Shown: positions 4,901 through 10,716 of the stretch, piece by piece
Numbering within the stretch: position 1 is the stretch's first letter
Layout of the letters: each line of letters opens with the position of its first letter
Assembly: GCA_964452145.1 (NCBI GenBank)
Contig: CAYVLA010000082.1
Coordinates: forward strand, 1 to 10,716
DNA length: 10,716 bases
Direction: 5' to 3'
From: Candidatus Hadarchaeota archaeon
GTDB taxonomy: Archaea; CAYQAE01; CAYVLA01
Translations under genes and position numbers: made by a program
Notes under the pieces: model-generated
Databases searched by the model: none
What the model saw: the letters and a program-made list of their open reading frames with translations, nothing else
What the model was told of the DNA's origin: nothing

Positions 4901-7170
4901 AGCCCCCCAGGTTCTTGGGATACAATCCGACCACCAACGAAGTCTCGTTGGTGATGGATGGTGGCGTGTCGCAGTTCCTCAAGTTGTACCTGCCTGCCGG
5001 GATCTCAAGCGGCATGATAGTGGTCAACGGCCGAAAGATGACCTGCGCGCTTCAGGTGCCGAACACCGCATCACGGTCTAAGACTGACGATGTGACTGCT
5101 CTGGTTACATACGTCGACGCTTCCAACCATCCTCCCCCCGACGGAGGCTTCCCCGCACCGAAGGACTATGTCGAGAACCAGTTGAAGCCTTACGGAGGAT
5201 ACGGTCCCTTCGGAATACCCCAGAAACTGAAGTCATCCTACTACTGGAACTCTTTCGCGGTCATGGCTGGAACGATCGTTGGCGCCTCCTTCCCTTCGGA
5301 ACTCGATCAGATTCTGCGAACGGACTGCCCCTCTTCAGGGGATGATGTCCGGAAGATAGACCTGATCGTCTCGGCTCTAGATCTTCTCAGAGCCCAACAA
5401 CCACCCGGGATAGCTACTGTGCTCCAGAACGCCCAGAACCGGAACGTGCCTGACAGAGACTACAACAACGGCATAGAGTGGGAGTACAGACGCGTCCATG
5501 CGCTCACAATCCTCGGCCAGATCCCGGTTGACCGGAGTGCCATCGTGAGCCGAGTTGTTGCCTCTCAGGATCCGGTCACGGGGGGCTGGGAAGCTGATCC
5601 CATAGGTCAGAACCTTGCTGTGCTGCAAGGGTACGTACCCCAAAAACCGTGCATATGGAGGACGCATCGGGCGGTGATCATTCTTAGTTGCCTTGGAGCC
5701 GACATTCCCCAGCGGTCCAAGGTGACGGGCTATGTCTCGTCCTGCCAGAATGGGGACGGCGGGTGGGGGTATTCTTCGGGTAGGCCGAGCGATGTCTACC
5801 CGACATGGTGCGCGGTGCAGACCCTCAGTAAACTTGGCGTTGCCGTACCGAACCGTGATAAGGTCATCGCATTTGTGGAGTCCCTCATGAACTCGGACGG
5901 AGGTTTCGGCGATCGGCCCGGCTGGTATTCGAGGTTGGAGTCCACCTTCTATGCGCTTGACATTTTGAATGTTCTGGGGTCTTCGGTCCCATACTACTTT
6001 GGGGACGTACCTTCCGAGCCGAGTTGGTACGGGGATTCCAGCTACAAGATCTTCTCAGCCACGTTTGAGTTCTTCAATGGAAACTACGGTCGCGACAGCC
6101 CGTCCGAGGCCGCAATCTATGCCCACAAGATGGGTTTGGATATCGTGGCGCCCAAGTTCGGCGGATCCGAAATGGCAGAGAAGTTTAACTCCTTCGCCCA
6201 GCTGTACGGGTTGCGGACAATGAGCGTGGTGAGTTCGGAGAATTATGGGTTCAAGCTCCAATTCAATGGGCACCACTGGGTCGATCATAGCGGTGAAGAA
6301 GCATACCCGGTCGGCAGACAGGGGGCAGCGTTCCCCTACAGCTCAGGCACTACTATGGGCACTTCCTTCGAACAGTTCGCTTCCAGTAACTCGGGCTTCC
6401 TGCAATACGGTCTGTTGTGGTGGAATTCTCTGGACTGGAAGACCTACCATCTGACCCAGGATGTGTTGGATGGGGCAGTGGACATCGGGGGATACAACGC
6501 GCTATGGTGTCAGGGCATCTACGGGTCAAGTGTACCGGAGGACAACCCCTGGGTCGAAAAATACATGGGTCACTTGGCGCCCGTCACCGAATGCGACAAC
6601 CACGGCTGGGCCTTCAGGGGAGCGAGTCTGGCTGAGAGCGGGAAGACCCTGTTCATTGCCCGAAGCGGGGACTGGGCCGGCCTGAAGGATGCGGTGGACA
6701 ACCAACGGACGGCCTACGTCAATTCGCAAGGTCAGATCTGGGGCGACCGATGGGCTGTAGAGTATCTGCGAGTTCACAGTGACAGGTGGTCGATCACTAA
6801 GACTCCTCCTGTCATCGTTGTGCCAGTGACCAAGAACAACTCGTGGGAATGGGGGGGAAGAGGGCTTTCCTGGGAGGTCTGGAAGGGCAGCGGTGCCGTG
6901 GTCAGGATCCTTGCTCAGGACGGAACAACTCCTGGTGATCCACTCAATACGGAGGTGTACGAGTGCCGTATTGATGGAATCCGGCAGAATCTGACGTTCG
7001 TTAGTGCGGAGCAGATCGGTAGAGAACTGGGCATCGAGGCGAAGTACGTGCACAGCTACTACTATGTTGAAAGACCTGACCTATTGCCCGGGACACACAC
7101 CATCCATGTTGACTACCGAGGGCAAGGCGGAACGCGGGTAACAGAAGCCGTCACCATCACCGTGGTGTGA
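1906..7170 (+). CDS. Large secreted multidomain protein: signal peptide, Ig/pilin-like modules, putative GH-like barrel plus beta-sandwich, prenyltransferase/squalene-oxidase repeats, PHP-like domain, C-terminal Ig-like domain
   Basis: 1754-aa uninterrupted ORF. Signal-peptide-like RRLACGIGIVLLILSGMMVPAL..GRA/QS (true start may be GTG 1936). Ig-type DQTAPSV...VEAIDIAGR. LVLDQEY motif. EF-hand loop DDNRDGVMDANE. QW-type repeats SQDPVTGGW, CQNGDGGWG, LMNSDGGFG. PHP-like SPSEAAIYAHKMGLDIVA, VVSSE, CDNHG, LKDAVDNQRT. The CDS itself is secure; the domain calls are by eye. Confidence 0.85.
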   Translation: MSEGGAPDLSVRRLACGIGIVLLILSGMMVPALREGRAQSAWGRLTLLDSEGKAVQKMAPGSEYSIIVHLENVLSSEIGSVAIALQGPLQPASLPRSLSLSWSSSAGFLEPQGQGALVAQRCTFSSESQTIHEWRFTFRLPRLSTAGMWTVGCQTAPRSIQASISAEVGFDFLIRSPPDLSFSVPAGQTGPGSPSPLVLSLACNDQARLYLSSGGLTGASGSSIPASSIIVDDDSTLGEKPETGQASFVVGTTPLPYLTLPAGPERSLSIYAFLSCPPGMQGGSTFSGSLNVVLAPNYRSDQTAPSVENLFLVSSGASDLYGPTNSIVAAATISEDYALSSLTFSVRVDSGAAIYRQIAWTGNGNYQCEFQVQANPGQQVALTVEAIDIAGRRSTATKAAVVKEQGISGVYVGDLSVWENDYFDDLYDIYPSFPSDGWASIYARVASTSGVMLHFERRYRGLAHVFATESVSMAPVSSPKWPNMWEARIRVAPSEEVTYWVTTSEGQASAPKSFVALPDVWNDHYGFGLLQSWGEQGWSPEVLLSKLEEVAGSFVIPINTWGQSSTNPPRYFYPFQDRVGLWEPEFGGTMQMMAWYEQWRRAVEQRDPAGAFYAMSWFFYHRTWRDDAPPVPAPHSGEQWDRVAQKLGRLVATDPTWRALVLDQEYASYNEVKNMVPLASEWDDNRDGVMDANEFEAHMVNDMLGLLRLFRADTWYGGQPHLGYRWSSRIIPPEARLSGSVNHFQHCDANGQATWYFTDHFDSSLHQPLLSAGVSACASDLATDYYLHRTMDRHGTSTDWNLGFAEQVLYAYLLNPHYVTVWVHGGWDGPAEPDSPYSFDQTEKAFAQKIASKWNYVTYLSNLEYAELPTGGSRPFGRRVLGTKPTWFLPQTSDVYYSLSKETGSMWLMAISNFETSAKTLRITIGPELFDWYGCDNLVAIDPTAPGAPWQYLTRSNNQISLTISAQDVRILKVGVPVEVLALPQNEDGYPEDILGKVQPPRFLGYNPTTNEVSLVMDGGVSQFLKLYLPAGISSGMIVVNGRKMTCALQVPNTASRSKTDDVTALVTYVDASNHPPPDGGFPAPKDYVENQLKPYGGYGPFGIPQKLKSSYYWNSFAVMAGTIVGASFPSELDQILRTDCPSSGDDVRKIDLIVSALDLLRAQQPPGIATVLQNAQNRNVPDRDYNNGIEWEYRRVHALTILGQIPVDRSAIVSRVVASQDPVTGGWEADPIGQNLAVLQGYVPQKPCIWRTHRAVIILSCLGADIPQRSKVTGYVSSCQNGDGGWGYSSGRPSDVYPTWCAVQTLSKLGVAVPNRDKVIAFVESLMNSDGGFGDRPGWYSRLESTFYALDILNVLGSSVPYYFGDVPSEPSWYGDSSYKIFSATFEFFNGNYGRDSPSEAAIYAHKMGLDIVAPKFGGSEMAEKFNSFAQLYGLRTMSVVSSENYGFKLQFNGHHWVDHSGEEAYPVGRQGAAFPYSSGTTMGTSFEQFASSNSGFLQYGLLWWNSLDWKTYHLTQDVLDGAVDIGGYNALWCQGIYGSSVPEDNPWVEKYMGHLAPVTECDNHGWAFRGASLAESGKTLFIARSGDWAGLKDAVDNQRTAYVNSQGQIWGDRWAVEYLRVHSDRWSITKTPPVIVVPVTKNNSWEWGGRGLSWEVWKGSGAVVRILAQDGTTPGDPLNTEVYECRIDGIRQNLTFVSAEQIGRELGIEAKYVHSYYYVERPDLLPGTHTIHVDYRGQGGTRVTEAVTITVV

Positions 7171-7184
7171 ACCCGGGGCCATGC

Positions 7185-8336
7185 TCACGCTCTCAAAGCT
7201 TTCTCGTAGCTGACTTCGAGTGACCGCGTTACTTCCTCCCAGGTGTATCTGGCGAGGACTTTTCTCCTTCCGCGCGTGCCCATCCGTCTGGCCCATCCCG
7301 GATTCTGCAGCAGCTCGGAGAGCTTGTCTGAGAGGTCATGCGGGTCTCCGTAGGCGGCGAACAATCCATCAACGCCATCCTCAATCACATCGGCAACGCC
7401 CCCGATCCTACATCCCACCACAGGCTTTTGGCAGGACCAAGCCTCCAAGAACACATGGGGGAAGCAGTCATCGCGTGAAGGGTAACAAACCGCTTGGCAG
7501 TTCTGGTACAGAAGCGCCAAAGTCGGCTCATCCCTGATGGCTCCCTTCATGATTACGGTGCGGTGACGCGGGAGATTGTTGCGGGCCCATTCCGACACCG
7601 GCCCTACAATCATCAGCCTGAGGTCCCGCTCCTGGGGCAACAGGTGTTCCAGAAACGCCTGGATCAGGTGTCGGACTCCCTTTACTTCGGTGAGCCTCCC
7701 GACGTAGAGGAGGTATCGTTCCGGGGTCTCGGCGCGAGCGGGTCGAAAGACCCGTTGGTCGACTCCAGAAGGAACGATATCAATCCGCGAGGCGGCGATG
7801 CCGTACCTGCGGTGGATTTCTCGTGCCTCCCATGGCACAGGCACCAAGATCCGATTGGCATAGGATAGCACCTTTCTCAGTTCTACTGAGATCGGCAGAC
7901 CCGGCTTGTAGTACGGCGTGACGCACAAGGGTTTCCTAGCGATTCTCGAGGCAAGGCAGGCCAAGACGTTATGAGCGTACGGGAATGCGCTTGTGTGCAA
8001 TACGTCGGACTCGTATATGGCCTTGTCCCAGAGCGATCTTGGGATCACCGGACCATACCTCACAAGAGGGATGTGGCCTAAGGCAGGCATGAATTTGGGA
8101 TCGTACCTGTGAACGGAGATGCCATCTTCTTTGGTGACCCGCTCGCCCGTGTACCGATTGAGAGCCCATCTTCTAGAATCTATGAGTCCCGCGTTCTCAA
8201 GCGCCGTGGAGGTTCCGACAGTCACCGAGTGGCCTTTGCCGACCAGTCGCATTCCCGTTTCTCTGACGAACTTGACTCCCCCGCCGATCGCCGGCGTGTA
8301 GAACTGCAGGAAGTGGAATATCTTCGTGCAATTCAC
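7185..8336 (-). CDS. Glycosyltransferase family 4 (GT-B fold, retaining)
   Basis: 383 aa. N-terminal KIFHFLQFYTPAIGGG...LVGKGHSVTVGT, then IDIVPSGVDQRVF and LLYVGRLTEVKGVRHLIQAF. C-terminal PSRDDCFPHVFLEAWSCQKPVVGCRIGGVADVIEDGVDG...MGTRGRRKVLARYTWE. These are classic GT4 (Glycos_transf_1) motifs. Confidence 0.95.
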   Translation of the reverse strand: MNCTKIFHFLQFYTPAIGGGVKFVRETGMRLVGKGHSVTVGTSTALENAGLIDSRRWALNRYTGERVTKEDGISVHRYDPKFMPALGHIPLVRYGPVIPRSLWDKAIYESDVLHTSAFPYAHNVLACLASRIARKPLCVTPYYKPGLPISVELRKVLSYANRILVPVPWEAREIHRRYGIAASRIDIVPSGVDQRVFRPARAETPERYLLYVGRLTEVKGVRHLIQAFLEHLLPQERDLRLMIVGPVSEWARNNLPRHRTVIMKGAIRDEPTLALLYQNCQAVCYPSRDDCFPHVFLEAWSCQKPVVGCRIGGVADVIEDGVDGLFAAYGDPHDLSDKLSELLQNPGWARRMGTRGRRKVLARYTWEEVTRSLEVSYEKALRA

Positions 8337-8342
8337 CCTCCC
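8333..8342 (-). promoter_or_regulatory. Shine-Dalgarno-like sequence GGGAGGGTGA for the GT4 gene
   Basis: Near match to GGAGGTGA in the 31-nt gap after the flippase stop. It overlaps the predicted GTG start. Confidence 0.55.
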
Positions 8343-8367
8343 GCCCGAGCCGATTTCAGAGCCGCCA

Positions 8368-9816
8368 CTAGGGTCCTCTCCGGATCATCCTGCCGGCCAT
8401 GCTAGCCACGTGTTCGAGAATCCCACGTCCGCCTGTAGCGTAGACAGTTGCGAAATAGGCTGCAGCTGATAGACCTATGACGGATACCAAAGACACGATG
8501 CCAGTTGCGAATCTCTCCACAGTTGTCGTCACCAGGGCCATCGCGAGGGTGCCGGCAAGAATGGGTCTGAGGGTGGCCAGATATGGATAGACCGGTATCG
8601 CAAGCACCTTTCTGAAGGCGAGATAACCGTAGACAATGAATCCCCAGGACATCGCTAGTATAAGCGCTGCCAACATACCAAAGACCCCCCAAACGCAAGT
8701 TGCCCAGAGACCCAGAGTCACTACGATGCCAGCCTGAACAATTGCAGCCTTCCAATAGTAATCCGGTCTGCCCACGGCCTTGAAGATCGAGTTTGCCTGA
8801 CCATAGATCGCTCTGAGAAGACCCACGACGCACGTGACCTCCAGGATTCTAGTCATCCCGATCCATTCCGGGCCAAAGACTATAGATACTATTCTGTCGG
8901 ACATGAGCATAATCCCGATGATCGCCGGCAGGGAGAAAAACACGTTTAGGGTATAAGCCTCAAGAAAGGCTTTCTTGAGCTTGCTCGAGTCCTCCCTCAC
9001 CTTGCAGTAGACTGGGAACGTTATGCCGTAGAGTATTCTGCCCAGAGTGTCGCTCGGAAGAGTTGCGATCCAGTATGCCTTGCCGTATAGTCCGAGCATT
9101 ACCTTGCCCAGAAGCTTTCCCACGATGAGGTCGTCAACATTCAGGTAGATCCATGCAACAAGCCCCGAAAGTGTGAGGTGGTAACCGAAGCGCAATATTC
9201 CCCTCACTCCTCGCTCTGTGGCCTTCCAAGGTTGCACGAACCCAGGCTGGGCTATCCAGGAACACCCAAGACTCGCAAGAGTGCCCGCCACATTGCCGTA
9301 CACTATCGACAAGTAGCCATAGCCGGCCACAGCCGAGGCTATGGCGACGCCAGCATTCACGATGGTGCCGATCAGCGAGATGACGGCAAGGGCAGTAAAC
9401 CTCAGGTCCATCGTCATTTTCAATCGTGGAACGAACTGCACAGGGTTCAGCAGTATCATCAGGGCGCTGATTCTGATGACCATTGACACCTCAGGGGTTG
9501 AGAAGAAGGTGGAGGCAAAGGGAGCAGCTGCAAACAGAATCGCGAAGAAGCAGAGACTTCGACCAATATCAAGAACTAGGCCTGAGGCTATCAGGTCTTG
9601 GTCGCCCTTCTTCTGTATGATCGCGTCCGATATCCCCCAGTCCGAGAAGAGGAGAACCATTTCCTTGAAGACGACGGCAAAACCGATGATACCGAATTGG
9701 TCGGGACCCATCAGGCGCATCAGTATGATCGTCTGGATCGCATGGACGACCCTGTTCCCCAAGGTAGAGATGAGCATGCTGGCAATGCCTTTCTCCGTCC
9801 TCCTGCGGATGCTCAA
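8368..9816 (-). CDS. wzx: Wzx/PST-family polysaccharide (lipid-linked oligosaccharide) flippase, MOP superfamily
   Basis: 482 aa, hydrophobic with many predicted TM segments. Hallmark motifs are IILMRLMGPDQFGIIG, FSDWGISDAIIQK, ILRFGYHL, NVDDLIVGKLLG..LGLYGKAY, IVSIVFGPEW and IFKAVGRPD. TTG start with GGAG about 9 nt upstream. Probably co-transcribed with the GT4 gene. Confidence 0.93.
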   Translation of the reverse strand: MSIRRRTEKGIASMLISTLGNRVVHAIQTIILMRLMGPDQFGIIGFAVVFKEMVLLFSDWGISDAIIQKKGDQDLIASGLVLDIGRSLCFFAILFAAAPFASTFFSTPEVSMVIRISALMILLNPVQFVPRLKMTMDLRFTALAVISLIGTIVNAGVAIASAVAGYGYLSIVYGNVAGTLASLGCSWIAQPGFVQPWKATERGVRGILRFGYHLTLSGLVAWIYLNVDDLIVGKLLGKVMLGLYGKAYWIATLPSDTLGRILYGITFPVYCKVREDSSKLKKAFLEAYTLNVFFSLPAIIGIMLMSDRIVSIVFGPEWIGMTRILEVTCVVGLLRAIYGQANSIFKAVGRPDYYWKAAIVQAGIVVTLGLWATCVWGVFGMLAALILAMSWGFIVYGYLAFRKVLAIPVYPYLATLRPILAGTLAMALVTTTVERFATGIVSLVSVIGLSAAAYFATVYATGGRGILEHVASMAGRMIRRGP

Positions 9817-9999
9817 TCTAATGGTCTCCGTCGCTCAGCCATATGCCTTTCTAGCCGAGGATGTCGTGTGGCCTTTGATATCGCTCCTTTCGACACCGAT
9901 CCAAGCGGTTTGTCCCTCCCAGTCGATCCCGTACCTAGTTGGCGATCATGGGGAGTTGCCACATTTATCTGGTCACTTGTCGAAGAGGCATCTGATATA
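9817..9999. promoter_or_regulatory. Divergent intergenic region (flippase / surface-protein gene) with TATA-like elements
   Basis: Non-coding gap between divergent starts. Plus-strand ATTTAT (9963-9968) and TGATATAA (9993-10000) are candidate TATA boxes for starts at ATG 10000 or GTG 10018 respectively. Confidence 0.35.
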
Positions 10000-10716
10000 A
10001 TGGATTCCGGATTTCCTGTGAGAAGGCTCGCGATCATATCGATTCTTATTGTTCTCTCCGTTTCCCTGATCTTCCTAGTTCTGAGGGCCCGCATAGTGCT
10101 CCTTGAGACGGACTCAGCCATCATCCCTGGGTTTGGGGAAGAGAACGAGTCCCGTCTTCTCGTGAGCATCAAGGCCAAGTCCCGGATTGGCTGTTCTGCC
10201 CATGTGATACTGGGGAATATGACTCTGCGAGTACCCATCGTTGAACGCCTTGGGGTCATCAGTCTTCACAGAGCCAGCATGGCCGTTCCTCCCGCAGGCA
10301 ACTACTCCCTGATAGTCCAGGTGCACAATGGCATCTGGTCGGTGGTCAAGGAACTCGACTTGGTGGTCCCATCAGCTGTTGCCGATATTCGACTTGACTG
10401 GAATCCCGTCCACCATCCCATCAGCAACAGGACCGTTAGGGACGAGATGGATGTCTATGTCTTCATCGAGGGAGGAGATGCGGGTTACCTGTCCCGGGTC
10501 ACTCTCGCGATGCAATACTACGACGTCAACAGGGTGGTGAACATGTCGAGGATCAGATCTACCATGTGGGTCGGCAAGATGCCGATCATAGGGCTCGGGC
10601 CAGTCAAGTACCACTTCCAGTTGACAGATTCGATTGGGCGAGTTGTTCGGCTTCCGGGTGAGGGCGTATACGGATTTCACGTGAAGCTGGAGCCCTTCCC
10701 CGCGACGGAGTTCGTT
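10000..10716 (+). CDS. 5' part (239 codons, runs off window) of an N-terminally anchored/secreted Ig-like-domain surface protein
   Basis: Manual translation is open with no stop to the window end: MDSGFPVRRLAIISILIVLSVSLIFLVLRARIVLLETDSAIIPGFGEENESRLLVSIKAK...HHPISNRTVRDEMDVYVFIEGGDAGYLSRVTLAMQYYDVNRVVNMSRIRSTMWVGKMPIIGLGPVKYHFQLTDSIGRVVRLPGEGVYGFHVKLEPFPATEFV. It has a basic n-region, a hydrophobic helix and beta-strand-rich modules. It is absent from the ORF track, presumably because it has no stop in the window. Alternative start GTG 10018. Confidence 0.85.
   Translation, partial: MDSGFPVRRLAIISILIVLSVSLIFLVLRARIVLLETDSAIIPGFGEENESRLLVSIKAKSRIGCSAHVILGNMTLRVPIVERLGVISLHRASMAVPPAGNYSLIVQVHNGIWSVVKELDLVVPSAVADIRLDWNPVHHPISNRTVRDEMDVYVFIEGGDAGYLSRVTLAMQYYDVNRVVNMSRIRSTMWVGKMPIIGLGPVKYHFQLTDSIGRVVRLPGEGVYGFHVKLEPFPATEFV

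Noticed and set aside
5083..5980. Squalene-hopene cyclase / terpene biosynthetic cluster or lanthipeptide cyclase
   Set aside because: No DxDD motif, no evident LanC Cys/Cys/His zinc triad, the domain is in an exported protein, and there are no isoprenoid or precursor-peptide genes in the window.
7171..7184. Terminator between the convergent giant gene and GT4
   Set aside because: The gap is only 14 nt, with no convincing hairpin or T-tract on either strand.
9341..10000. 219-aa plus-strand ORF
   Set aside because: Mostly the antisense shadow of the flippase, with no family features.
9813..10680. Minus-strand ORFs 9813-10259, 10114-10326 and 10372-10680
   Set aside because: Better explained as shadows of the plus-strand ORF 10000->10716, which has a signal/TM helix and coherent domain patterns.

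Overview
GC-rich window (roughly 55-60% by eye), probably archaeal; that is an inference from TATA-like boxes about 20-30 nt upstream of starts, a GGAGGGTGA ribosome-binding site, Ig-like surface modules and N-glycosylation sequon enrichment. It is part of a cell-surface glycan/exopolysaccharide locus. On the minus strand are the truncated 5' end of a probable GT4 glycosyltransferase (1-102, missed by the ORF track), a complete GT4 glycosyltransferase and a Wzx/PST-type flippase. On the plus strand are three uncharacterised genes: (i) a tail-anchored (alpha/alpha)-barrel protein; (ii) a 1754-aa secreted mosaic protein with Ig/pilin-like modules, a putative glycoside-hydrolase-like barrel carrying an EF-hand loop, prenyltransferase/squalene-oxidase-type repeats lacking the canonical catalytic residues, and a degenerate PHP metallohydrolase domain; and (iii) an N-terminally anchored, sequon-rich Ig-like protein running off the right edge (10000-10716, also missed by the ORF track). 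The best candidate for an undescribed system is a glycan build/flip/remodel module that pairs an inside-facing and an outside-facing alpha/alpha-barrel protein with the GT4/Wzx genes. All family assignments come from motif recognition by eye; no searches were run. No rRNA, tRNA, CRISPR array or mobile element was seen.
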